The notes below the pieces were generated by a model. That model made no database searches. It was given only the letters and a program-made list of their open reading frames with translations, and was not told the origin of the DNA. The position numbers and the translations under genes are program-made. A stretch of 63,921 bases of DNA, the filler included, from Octopus bimaculoides (Eukaryota), in the NCBI RefSeq assembly GCF_001194135.2. It is 5 parts of 5 records of this genome, joined end to end, with 100 filler letters (N's around TTAATTAATTAA, not from the genome) between each part and the next. Parts side by side here need not be neighbours in the genome. Positions count along the whole stretch, not along the records: positions 6,421 to 30,280 come from NC_068996.1; 4 more parts are not named here. One strand, given 5' to 3'. Positions 12,181-24,719 of this stretch are shown here, in pieces (within the stretch, counting starts at the first letter, position 1; each line of letters begins with the position of its first letter).

Positions 12181-13905
12181 CTTGTGGTTGATGCATCAGA
12201 CACAGCTGTTGGTGCTGTTTTACAGCAGTTTCATTCAGAACAGCTACAACCTCTTGTATTTTTCTCCTGGAAGTTGAAACCTGCCGAGACACAATACAGT
12301 ATGTTTGGATGAGCTATTGGCCATCTACGTTGCCATAAAACATTTTTGGCATATTCTCGAGAGAAGAAAGTTTACAACCTACACAGATCTTAAGCTTCTT
12401 ACTTTTGCCTTACAATCAAAGCCAGAAAAATATTCACCAAGGGAAACTAGACATCTCGACTTTATTTCTCAGTTTTCAACTGATATACAGCATATCTCAG
12501 GTTCCTGCAATACTGAGGCAGATGCATTGTCTCGTCTGCCTATAAAATTCTTTGCTGTCTGCTTTGGAAATCAACTTGACTGCTTTATCATCCGACCAAC
12601 CTCCACTGGACTCGTTAGACACCTCATCCACGGTTTTTGCAACATCTAAGTTCAAATATCTGCTGTTGTCAACTGCTGATAAAGAAATATTGTGTGACAT
12701 ATCTACTGATGTACCATGTCCTTTTGTTCCTGAGAAGCATCGACAAGTTGTTTTTGATGCTTTGCACAATCTATCTCATCCTGGCGCTACTGCCTGAGTA
12801 AAGCTCATTTCAGCTAGATTCTTCTGGTCTAATACGAGGCATAACATTACTGAGTGGTCTCGTTCTTGTCTTCCGTGCCAAAAATCAAAGGTACATAAGC
12901 ACATCCATGCACCCCTGAACACTTTCAGTACTCCTGACGCTTGTTTTCACCATGTTCACATTGATCTTGTTGGACCCTGGCCTGTCAGTGAGGGATTTTC
13001 TTATATCCTGACTTGTATTAATTGTTTTTTCTCATTGGCCTGAGGCTATACCAGTAAGTGATATTTCTGTGGCATTGGTAGCACAAGCCCTTGTTGCGGG
13101 TTGGATTTCGCACTACAGCGATCTTACCACTATTACCATGGATCGAGGTAGACTGTTTGAATCCCATCTTTTTGCGGGACTGTCTAGAATCATCGGTGCT
13201 CAAAGAATTCATACAACTAGCTATCATCCTGTGTCAAATGGAATGGTGGAATGTTTCTACCATCAGTTGAAAGCTGCTTTTAGAGCCTCTCCTAATATTC
13301 AACATTAGACCAAGTATCTTCCTATTGTTCTCCTTGTATCCAAACTTCAATTAAGAAAGACATTGGTTTTTCTCCTGTGGAGCTATTGTATGGTGTTCCT
13401 TTGTCTTTGCCTAGGCAGATGCTTGCTCCTATTGATTTGAGTTCACAGGATCCTAACCTATATGTTGATCGCATACATGCCTATTTTCAGGAGTTACCAC
13501 CAACGAGCACTCGACAGCAAACTATTAAATCTTTGGTTCCAGAGAACATTGCCTTGTGTACACATGTCTTTGTTAGAAAAGATGCAGTGAGAAGTCCTCT
13601 CACTCCACCTTATTCAGGACCTTATCACGTGTTGGCACACATTGATAAACATTTTACCATAGATTTGAATGGTTTTAGAGAAACAGTCTCACTTGATAGA
13701 CTTAAATGAGCTTATACAGATGCTCTCACACCTGAGCCTCATACACACCCATCCTACACTATACAGCATGAAAGTAACACACCAATGCATTCACCACAAG
13801 CTCATTCACACACAACTCCCCCTTCACCAACATACATCGTGACAACCCATAGTGGTCGTCATGTACATTGGCCCAAGAAACTTTGTAAAACAATATTCAT
13901 ATGAA
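12181..13905 (+). mobile_element. Gypsy/Ty3 LTR retrotransposon pol remnant (RNase H + integrase)
   Basis: LVVDASDTAVGAVLQQ..ELLAIYVAIKHF..YTD..ISQFSTDIQHISG..ADALSRL (RNase H). HNLSHPG..CLPCQKSK (HHCC). HIDLVGP, MDRGRLFES, ECFYHQLK (integrase core). Multiple stops and frameshifts; no LTR pair found. Confidence 0.92.
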
Positions 13906-14375
13906 CTGTTTCTTAATGCATATTATTTTGCCTTTCTTTTTTAATACACTAATGTTTCCTTTTCTCTGTATGTGAACGTTTGTTGACTTTTATAGGCATG
14001 TGCCTACTGTTGCATTTAAATTGTTACTTTTTACCTTTTTCATAACATTTTTTTTATTCATATGCTTACATTTGTAAATATTCTGTACTTTGTTGTTTAA
14101 AATATTTTTTTGCAACATTCATATGTACATTGCACCATATTATTGTGCCTTTTTTAGTGAGTTATATCACTATAACAGTGTCTGTTAAGCTTTTTTGCCT
14201 GACACCTTGTACGTTGGATATTATCTCATGCTTTCTGTGCTCATCAGACACAGCTTACCTCTATTGGACCCATGGTTAGTCAAGTAATTAATAGAAAAAG
14301 TTGTCTGTCTTTTACAATGTGCCTACATGCAATTCTGTTGTTCTTGCAAATTTTAGCAACTGTGCTTGAAAATAG

Positions 14376-15138
14376 GGATCTTTCTGAATTGACGGGCACC
14401 ACTTTTCATTTATGTTTTATGTAGTGTTTTTGGTACCGAAACACTTTCAAACTTCGTATACTTGTATATTTTGTGTTATAGAACAGATAAAAATTTTTGT
14501 ATTCGAAGTTATTTCATGTAAAAAATTGTCGTATTTCGATAATTTCAACCAATCACTGACGTCTATTGAGGTGAAAACAATTACTGCCGTGGAATGTAAA
14601 CAACATGTTGTAACGGTGTCATGGAATCTTTTCCTTTGAATACTGTTGGCGGTACTGTTATTTATGACATCGTTCGTACATTTGTACTGGTTTTAGCTTT
14701 AGAGTTTTAGGGTTAGGATTCGAGTTTTAGAGTTAGGGTTAGGGTTCTAGTTTTAGAGTTAGGGTTAGGGTTAGGGTTATGATTATTTTTGCCATAACCT
14801 CACTCCTAACCCTAACCCTAACATCCGAACCCTAACCCTAAAGCCCTAAACCCTTACTAGGGAATAACGATATAATTAACAGAGAATAACAATCTTGACA
14901 CCAGCAAAAATTATTGTTTACAAAAACAGCAGTAACTGTATTCAGCTGAATAGACGTTAGTGATTGGTTGAAATTACAGAAATATGACAATTTTAACATG
15001 AAATAACTTGCAATGTACAAATTTTTGTTAAGAAGGCTAAGAGAAAAAGATGTTTTATATGACACATTCTACCAGTATCCCAAGTTTGAAAGTGTTTCAT
15101 TAAGAAAACAAGTGGTGCCCGTCAATTCAGAAAGATCC
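14376..15138. mobile_element. TIR element with an internal (TTAGGG)n/(CCCTAA)n core, copy 1
   Basis: Perfect 29-bp TIR GGATCTTTCTGAATTGACGGGCACCACTT (14376-14404 / 15110-15138). Inner inverted CAACCAATCACT(G/A)ACGTCTATT. Degenerate telomeric arrays at ~14695-14860. Arms shared with 49574-50195. Confidence 0.85.
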
Positions 15139-17399
15139 TAATTTGTTTCCTGGAACTACTGTGAGCTCTCATTATATTTGCCAGAATATATACTTTCTGT
15201 CATTATGGATCTGGCTTCCATTCTGATATTGCAACGTTTATCCATACACATATGTGGCATTTCTTTTTTTACATGCACTTGTATGAATATTTAGTTCTTG
15301 TTGTAAACATGTGTTTTTGCTGGACAATTGTTTAATACCCATTGTTTTACTATCGACTTTCAGTCTGCTGAGGGGTAATGTAGTAAGACATGATAAGTTT
15401 ATTTTTTTCCTGCAGCGCGAGTTGGTTGTTTAAGACAGACACTAACCAGTTAAGGTTGGCATTGCACAAATCCAAACAACTTCCACCCAAGTTGAAAATG
15501 CATTTAAAAGCAGTAAGTTGAGTTAGTTGCTGTGAAGACGTTGAACCATTAACAATGTACTGTCAAGCTTCTCATTCTGTCAATTTCATCTAGAACCTAG
15601 AAGATTAATTGTTCAATTTCTTAGTCACTATAACTACTGAGCTAAGATTTTTTTAGCAAGTCAAAGTCATTATGCCCTCTTCTTCACTTGGCATTTGTCT
15701 CCTTTTTTAAGCTGTTATGAAGCTTATATTGTTTTACCATGTTTGCTGAAATTGACTGCTTCAGCAAGATTAGTTTGTCCGGCTTTGTACTATGGGATTA
15801 ATACCCAGTACCAGACCAAAGAACCTGTAAAAATTAGTAGGCGCAACCAAATACATTCATGTCTTGCTATGTTATTCCTGTCTGACTGAAGGTCCAAATT
15901 TTGATTGTTTACACACACAGTGAATATTCCTGTAATACATGTTTGTTTAGCGTTGTTTTGAAACCGTAAATAAAAGTGTCGCATTTTGAACTTGAATACA
16001 ACTCATTGCCTTCTGATACTTTCTGTGTAGCATCTATCAAACATTTATTTTTACTAAAAGATAATGTAATATTAATTAATTCATTTTATGTTTGACAGAA
16101 TAATCTTAATACTAAAGGGTAAAACTATGTACATAAAAGGGTTTTATAAATGTTTTTATGATAAATATCAGTTTAGACTATAAAGCAGTGAGATTACTAC
16201 ATTGTGTTCTCTATAATTGCAGTAATTTCACAACACCAGTTAATGTTTGCTCACAAGAAAAGCCGTAGCTTCCATAGTAATCCTTTCATTTTAAAACACC
16301 ACCACATGTTTAATTAAATATTTTCATAGATGCTGCCACTTGGAGATGGTAGAATTCCTTCAGTGAAAGTATCATTTAAAGAAGTTGCAATGTTAAAGTT
16401 TCTTTTGATAATATATATTACCATGTCAATGTCACATGACTCTACAATAATATGTTTATAGTCGTTTGCCATAATGTAAATTTTGTATAAATAATTTTTT
16501 TTAAATATAAAAAAGAAAGAAAAGAGAAAAAATGTATATACAACAGGTGGCATAAGAAGTTTTTCATAAAAGCCTCTCAGAAGGCCAATTTTCATTTGAA
16601 AAATGATGCAAACAACTCAGCAGTGTCACACACAAGCCACAGAGTAATCCCACAATAAGATGCTACAAGTCTTTTGTAGCATCAACAATTTGTTGAGTGT
16701 GTAAAAGTGCTAGACAACAATTGTTTTCACTAAAACCACTCGGGATGACAGCTCTCATTTAATGATAATAGAAATATTCTATCAGTATTTAGGATTGATT
16801 CCACGGTGAGATTTTACAAGACATTTACCATAATATTGGTTATATAAAAACCACAGACAGCAGGTGATAAAAGAAGTTTTCCACTTATGATAAGCTTCAC
16901 TAGGATATAGAACTATCTCATATAATACATGGATTCTACAATGGTGTGTTACAAGAGTTTTATTTAATATTGGCTATGAAGAAACTCAGACAACAGAAGT
17001 TTTATGAAACAAGATAATTGAAGAAACAAATGAATTTATGGAAGTTGAACTCCACAATGTTCATCATTTAGAACATTGTGTAAAATAATTATATTGACGA
17101 AGTTATCTCCCCGGAACTAATCTGCTTTGACTTTATTTTTCCTGGTGTGTCTAGTTTTTTAATATCATTGAATTACCAGTGGCAAGGCTATATTACCCTA
17201 CTAGATACCAGAGACATATTCCATTATTGTATATGTGGGAGGCTTATTTAGACTGAGCAAAATATTCACAACTACTCAAGAAACAAAATACTTTGAGGCT
17301 CTGAATATATAGTATGGTTGCTACAGCTTAACCAAATGGTCATACAGACATTAAAAATGTTTAAAACATATTTCCATTAAAAAAATTTTTTTAATTAAC

Positions 17400-17620
17400 T
17401 TGTAGTGGCGCGAAATTATGGTTGCCATTAAGGAAGTACAATCTACGCATACACAAGGGACTTGCCTTCCCGGAAGCCCCTCGAGTGTGCATGTGTAGTA
17501 AAACCAGTACTTAAAGCGCTTCGCGCGCTTTCTAACTCTTTTTAGCACGATGCCTTCGATGTAACAACAACTTGCTCCTCTCAGATGCTTCAACGAAGCT
17601 CTTAATATCTAGATGCCGAT
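17400..17620. promoter_or_regulatory. CpG-retaining putative promoter of ETFDH
   Basis: Local cluster of CpGs in an otherwise CpG-poor segment, ~220 bp upstream of the first recognisable ETFDH exon. ETS-type CCGGAAG at 17470-17476 and GCGCTTCGCGCGC at 17516-17528. Confidence 0.55.
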
Positions 17621-17838
17621 TACAAGTTAACCAACAAGTTAACTAGGCTGAATGACACAGGATTTGTAAAGCCAAGCATCACCAAAATAAAACTTATTTT
17701 ATTATTTTGTTAATTGTTCTACTGTTTTCTTAATATATAAATTTGTTGAAAGGTGATAGAGAGAGACTAAAGTCTCTATTGCAACTATCAACCTTTTACA
17801 AACTAAAAATAACTATTGTTATTTGGTTGTCATTTCAG

Positions 17839-17937
17839 TTCTCAGTGGATTCAAGAATGTACGCCAGTATTCTTCAGCAGCAAAAATCACAACACATTAC
17901 ACAATCCATCCAAGAAAGGATGATGAGCGATGGAAAG
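17839..17937 (+). CDS. ETFDH: ETFDH internal coding exon (end of mitochondrial presequence)
   Basis: Reads (x)LSGFKNVRQYSSAAKITTHYTIHPRKDDERWK, similar to vertebrate ETFDH RITTHYTIYPRDKDKRWE. Acceptor catttcAG| and donor AAG|GTacga. Phase 1 at both ends. Confidence 0.88.
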
Positions 17938-20900
17938 GTACGAGCATCCTGTTTGTATATACATCTATCTTCATTTATCATGGACGTATGGTTCCAAAAA
18001 ACACAGTGTTAAATGAATCAGCTATAAATAGAACATATGGGGAAAATAGCTTTTGTTCCAAAACCCCGCCACTTGTCCCCTAACTTACCCAAATAACACC
18101 TCCAAACAATTTTTAACCACATATAATGATAGTGTTTTATGGTTGGTCTAATATTTAGAGTAAAATTTATGTTGAGTAAATAATAAATACACTCATCTCC
18201 ATTCTTTGTTTGGATCAAGCGCTTTCATATTTTTTCCATTCACTGGTGGCATGTTAATGGGCACATTGTACGTAAATCCATATGAAAAAATATCCAGACT
18301 CACAACTTGATGATGTAAACACAAGCAATAATCAGTGCATTCTAGGTAACTGAGCATTGTGGATGATTGCTGGAATGTGCTTTTGTGCACCAAACAGAAT
18401 CTTTGACCACTTGCTAAACCATCAGTGATAAATGAGAACAGATGTATAGATATAAATGTATGACAGGGATAAGAAATATGCTGGTGTGTGCATGTGTAAG
18501 TAGAGTCTGTTTTTTTTCATTAATATTAACAGGTTCCATGGAAATCCCACATTTTGTAAATCTTATTTCTATTTTGATCCTAAACTTATAGTTATTCACA
18601 ACATTGTTTCATTATGCTAAAGATTTCATGATTTTGTTCTCTAGTTAAAGATTGCTAAAAGCATAATGCTCAAGCACATGTGACAACTGAATAATATCAT
18701 AACAGTTTTGAATGTGCAAAAGTAATTTAGATAAATTTTGTCAGTTGTAAATTTTCTTCTGTTAAGTAATCAGTGATAATGCTAAACTGTTAGCATTAAC
18801 TTAAAGAGTTTTCAGCATATAATAAATATATAAACTCTTTTTTATCTACTGAGTACCTTGTTTTCTCATTTGTACATGTTTGTGTGTATGTATATATATC
18901 TATATATAGAGAGAGAGAGTGAGAGAAAGAGACAGGGCTTTAATTATTGTCATGCCTGTATAATTATGTTTGTACATGTGTGGAAATGAATGGTGAAGCA
19001 CAAATTAGAAGCCTGATATATCTATGCTAAACTATAAAGAACACCAATCAATTGCTACAAATCTCAGCTGTAAATTACTTCATGTAAGATTATATAATCA
19101 TCATGGATAGTTACAAAGATTTTTTTCCTATGATATATTCAAAAGAGAAAGGAACATACCTCTGACTTTTTCAAGCCCCCTCAGACTAGTGAGATTGTAG
19201 GGAAAACACAGAAAATTCCTGAGGGTGACAGTTCTAGGCCCAAAGAACTAAGTGAGATGTTTAATGCAGATATGAGAAATGAGACACAGTATGTGTGACA
19301 AAGGGTAAGCTTGATTAAAGATAATATACAGTTATCTCAAAGAAACAAAGGCTGTTGTAGTAACAATAGAATAGGTAGAGAGAGAGAGAAAGACAGAAAA
19401 CAGTATGTCTGTGAGCCAGTGAGTGCAGTATTTTACAGGTGAGTGAATAATTGCTGACAATATGGAATAGCTTTCACCTGGATGTGGTATTGCATTTTAT
19501 ATGTGTATGTGGGCACAGTACTATGCTGGATACAGGAGCTGTTAGATCCAGTTGAAGATCTTATGTTCTCAAGAGTCAGCGAAGAGAAATTCTCAGAACA
19601 ATTCTTTTGTAGTGACTTAGATGGGTTTTAGTTGTAGATTATTCATGACTATAAATGCTGAGTGGTTAAATTCACTTCAGAGCCCTGGAGTCCCAGGTCC
19701 CATTCCATTGCATGGAACTTTCAGCAAGTGCTGTTGCCAGAGTAAACAAACTATCTAGAAGTCCATCATATAGACTGCATCTGTAATTCAAAGGTAAAGC
19801 CTTATTGTATCACACTAATTTCTACTTATGAATTATGTTAAGGATATACATGTTTATGGAATGCTCAGCCACTTCACATGATTCAGCAAGTGGAATATCC
19901 CATTTATTAAAGCTATATTGTGAAATCATTGTGGAACCCCATCATTCACAACTATATTATGTGTGGTACAAGTCTACTTCTTAGATATGTGTAGTGATTT
20001 TGTTACTTGACTGGGTTGTCATATCTCCATTGAAGAATTTTCGCAAGATGATTGTTCAAATTGTAAATGTGTGTGAAAAGTTAGGAAAAAGTAAAGTTGT
20101 GAAGAGTGTATGGGATGCACCAGAGTTTATAGAATGTAGGCCAGATAGAACATTGTCACCAACCTCATAAGGATCTTGTTATACAAGAAACAAGAGATGG
20201 AAAGATGCTACATGTAGGTAGCTCAGTTAGATGATTCTTATTCTAGACACAAAGGTCTTTGCTGATGTCAACTGTAAAAACATTGCTTTTGTTTAATATT
20301 TAGAGTAAACCATTTCATGTAGAAAGACACTATTGAATGACATAGGAGCAGAGCAAGTCTGATCTCACTGTGTAGAAACTATATTTGTAATTACCAAGGG
20401 ATGACAGATCTTTCAAGGTGATGAAGGAGCTGATTGCTGACAACTGTTTCTATTGCCTGAAATGTTGGAATGGTTAAAGAGGTGAAACGGAATATACTGT
20501 GGCATGTTTCCAAATAGACTAGGATGCACTTTTGTAGAAAAAGAGAGGGCTTGGAGTGTTTGGCAAGGATAGGAGCTGACTCTAAATGGCACAGTTTGAG
20601 AATGGTGAAATACCTTTTCACATTGGAGCAATTGGATGTGTTTTTTACATTGTGACTGTGTAAGTGATGATGAAAGGTGAAGGCAAAGTGAAAGCTTTTT
20701 CAGCAAGTGTGCTGCTAAGAGAGCTTAGTTAAATAAAGAGTTGATGACAAGAAAACTATGCAAAGTTGGTTGAGAACCTCTTGATAATAGCCCAGAAGGC
20801 TCTGCTATAATTTGGTACCTAAGAAAGTTAGTAAACTGTTCAGTACACAAAAGCATCCTTTGCTTATCTGATAGCTATCTTTGGGCATTGGATAAAAGAT

Positions 20901-22049
20901 CTCTTATAAATGGAGTTTTAAGCAGCACAATTGTGGACAAACCTCGTGAGGATATTGCAATTATAGACTTCAATTATGTTGAAAATATCTACGGAAGAAA
21001 TATGACTGGAAGCATGGTTTTGGTCATTCACTTTATTTCGGACCAAAATGGCAGAGGGAGGGAAATACGTTTGCTTCCATATGTAGTGAAACTTGATCAG
21101 TTAGCTGATTTGGTAACAGAAGATATGAGATATTTTGTGAGAGGAGAATACTATGATGTATTTGTGTGTTTGTGTGTACATGTGTTTTAATTTTAATGTC
21201 TTATATAAGAAAGAGAAGTGCTCATGACACTTTTTTTTCTGAGCTTCCAAAACTGGTGATAGGAAGAAAGAGAGGAAGAAATCACCACAGTGCATTACGA
21301 TATTGCATAATTGCATACATTCAGACCTGGACTGAATATATGTAATAAAGTAGACTTCACTAAAGGCATTAAACCAAGTGACAAATTATGTTTTCCATTT
21401 AAGAATTGTTCTACTTCATTTGACTGACTCTCACACAGTTTCTTTCTATCAAACTTCACCGAAAAGGCTTGGGTCAAATAAAAGGTGCCTACACAATAGA
21501 ATCAGTGTTGAAACTGTATGATTACAAATCAGACTTCTTAACCTCTGAACATCTGTGCACCTTTATACAACATCAACCACCTCCTTTCTCTAATTTCCAT
21601 ATAACAACAAATGTACATTCACCATCTATAATACTGGCTATAAATAAACAGACTAAAAGTATAATATCCACAATCTTCCTTTCTATCAGCAACTCCAAAA
21701 AGTTTCAGACATGTCTAATATCTAACAATCATTTTCAACAATTAAAACATTCTAATGCAGGGAAAAAATACAAGAATATTTCTACAACATTCTTCACAGA
21801 ACATAAAATATAGTCAAAGAAGGCAAAATTACACACACATTAAGAACACTCACAAGCATCACATTTGAAACATGATTAGTATTTTAGTCTATATAGCAGT
21901 TATCAGATAAGACAGTAGAAGCAAAGACAGTATAATACAGGGGTTAGTTTAGGGTTTAAGAATAAAAAATTGATCAGAAGTATTCGGTGTGTCTTTCAGA
22001 AATATGTGTAGGAGTGGAGCTAACAGTTGGTGTTGATAATTCGACCTCC

Positions 22050-22300
22050 CTGCTGGCAGTACCTGTGTTGTGGGTGGGAAGAACATGATTTATAAAGATG
22101 AGTTGTGTACACTGAAGTCCCAAATTGTGATGACTTCAAAGAGAGGTGAGGTGAAATTGTTGTCTTCAAGGTAGGAAGTGAGATAGTCAAACAACTGGTG
22201 ATGATTGAAAGAATTTGGGGAATTGTAGCAATAACGTACAAAGTTAGAAGAATAAGACAGAGAGACTTTTAGACAGAATAACTGAAAAGTCATTATTACT
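22050..22300 (-). mobile_element. CR1-like LINE endonuclease fragment (degraded)
   Basis: Minus strand FVRYCYNSPNS..QLFDYLTSYLED..EVITIWDFSVHN resembles the APE-domain segment Y.SPNS..FDYLTS..ISILGDFNVH. Confidence 0.55.
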
Positions 22301-23998
22301 GAAGTCCACTACTGAATATTGGAAAAAGTTATCTGCATATACGGAGGTTTAAATATGAAAACATAGAAATTTTTAATTTTTTAGGACAAGATTTACATGA
22401 TGATAATTTTGTCAAACATTTTATATTTCTAAAATTGAATAATTTCTATTTTCAAATTTGAACTTTAATACTTTTTATCAATAGCTTTTTCTTTTATGGA
22501 GTTAAATCACAGTTTGTAAATAAATAACATGAAAAAAGAGCTTACTTGTCAAAAATGTGCGTTATTGTAGTGATAGTGACAAAGTTATCTCCCCTACATT
22601 GAAAGTAAAAATCCAGAATCCAAAGAAACTAGCAATATGTCAGAATCGACAAAAATTAATTCATTAAGAGTTACTAACGTGGAACTTGATTCACATAAGG
22701 ATATATTGAACAAGTTTAGCAGCTTCAAAAAAAAAATGTGCAAAAGGCTGTCACAGGATTCAGACAGTAATATTCTATCGATGAACCTAATACTTGCCTT
22801 CTAATCCTTTTCTTGACATGAGCTGAAGAAGTTGTCCACTTGTTTATTGTTGTTGCTCCTTAGCCCTAGGTCAACTCTGATCAAGTAAACCTGTTATTAA
22901 GGACATTTTTCCTATGTACAGGTAACTCAAGGCCTCATTATCCAACATGTCCTTCTCTAAGATGGTATTTGTTGTGGAGCTAGTCACCATGCAGAATAGT
23001 GGCTTCTAGTGTTTCTGTGACCTCATCATCCTATCTCCTTTAGTTTGATATGCAACACCCTTGGTTTATTCTCAGAAATTTTAACCAAAGAAGAAAACCT
23101 GCTATGCCCTAAGTGTGTTTTTGCAGTCTTTCTAAAATCTTGCTTTTAAATACAGACATTGGCTTTCTTTTTTTTTTAATTGTATAATTTAATTTGATGC
23201 TTTACACATTCCTAACAAATGTTTGTGGCATTCTATGGTGTCGTGACACCCATACTGAAAACCACCAGTGTAGAGTCTCTCTCTCAGTTTGTTGTTCATC
23301 TGGTGATATAAATCTGTATCATTGAATTAATATGGAATAGGCCATTATATTCACCAATCATTTAGTACATCCCATAGATAAGAACCAAAATAAAAATCCA
23401 AAGAACACACAGTGAGTTATTTGATGAACTCTTGTTTGTACATTGGAGGAACTTTACTAGGCATGTTTCATACAACCGGAGTTCAACTCAACACTGCAAT
23501 TTAATAAAACATGTTTTGCATGTTGTTGCTTGTCATCTACAGTGGTGAGCTGTTCCTGCCCTGTGGGGTCTTCTTACAGCCAGATGAACTACCAACTACT
23601 TGACTAAATGTACAATAACCTGTCTGTGTTCATGCTCCATATTAATATCTCCAAGGAAACGAGCATGAGAATGGAGAGAAGTCTAGAATTTTTACCCCTT
23701 AAATTATTTGAAATTATCTGGACCACTGAAAGAGTCTCTATGAGGTAACTCAACCTGACTTGGCCTGCTAAAAGCAGCACCCAAGTTTGCTTTAAATCAC
23801 ATCCAGCTGTCTCACAAACAGCATCCTTTAGATAATGTAGTATGGGGTGTAATGTCCTTTGTAGAACCTGGTGCTAAATAAGAACCTGAATGTATGAAAT
23901 TGACTATCCAATGTCCTTCACTACACACACTTCCTCTATTCTTTCAACAGCTTATTTAATGTTAGAGTTATCCTTATCCTTTTTTTTCTTTCTTCCAG

Positions 23999-24151
23999 AT
24001 ATCGATATGGAAAGATATGCTGATGAAACAGACATCCTAATTGTTGGTGGAGGGCCTGCAGGTTTATCTGCAGCTTGTCGCCTCAAACAGCTTGCAGCTG
24101 AAAAAGAAATTGAACTACGAGTAACACTAGTTGAAAAATCTGCTGAAATTG
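23999..24151 (+). CDS. ETFDH: ETFDH coding exon with FAD-binding GxGxxG motif
   Basis: Reads (D)[50 protein letters not shown](G). Long polypyrimidine acceptor ..tttcttccAG| and donor G|GTtggt. Phase joins the flanking exons exactly. Confidence 0.97.
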
Positions 24152-24719
24152 GTTGGTAATGTTTTTATTTTATTTTTTATTTCCTTAGTTATTTTTCCCA
24201 ACTCTAAAGGTATCATTACCATAAACTGTTAGAAGATACCTCTTACCAAGTAATGGTTGAAGTACAGTTTTACTTCCCAGTTGTAACACTTTACACATGT
24301 GATGCTCTCATTTTGCATGCTTACCAAAGATATGGGTAATCACTCATAAAAGTATGCCACTAGTTTCTAAAAAGATTGCATAATTTATGTAATGGTTTAC
24401 TTTTTATTTTAGTTTTGTATCAATTTTTCTATGCCTACATACATAGAGGAGGTTTTGATAAATTTTGTTATTTATTTACTGTTGGAACATCTTTTTTTCT
24501 GCCTTGCTATTTCTGGAAGAAGGGATAATACCCATGGCTTTTTTCAGGCCCTCCTAAACCTGTGAAATTGATGCCATTAGTTTTTTTCCCCAAACCACTG
24601 TAAGTCAAAGCCTGTGAAAAAGATATGAGCAAGAAATTCCAGAGTTTGACATTCTGAGAGAAAAAAAAGACTGGATATTGCAATTAGTGAAGGGTCAGTG
24701 GGTGTGGGTATAATAAAAA

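Noticed and set aside
14695-14860. Relic of a chromosome end-to-end fusion
   Set aside because: The array is short and embedded in a TIR element with a second copy elsewhere in the window, so transposon origin is more parsimonious.
15545-15600. Minus-strand VLDEIDRM resembling a Walker B/DEAD motif
   Set aside because: A stop follows within 15 codons and no other helicase or AAA motifs are nearby.
16659-16730. Cluster of short hairpins (GATGCTACAA-N5-TTGTAGCATC etc.) as a Helitron end or terminator
   Set aside because: Stems of 10 bp or less are expected by chance in AT-rich DNA, and there is no supporting element structure.
18190-18400. Possible nested membrane-protein exon in ETFDH intron (FIFFPFTGGMLMGTLYVNPY)
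   Set aside because: No recognisable homology and no consistent splice pair.
20000-21200. Purine-rich stretch that may be a very old LINE
   Set aside because: I could not recover any diagnostic motif by manual translation.
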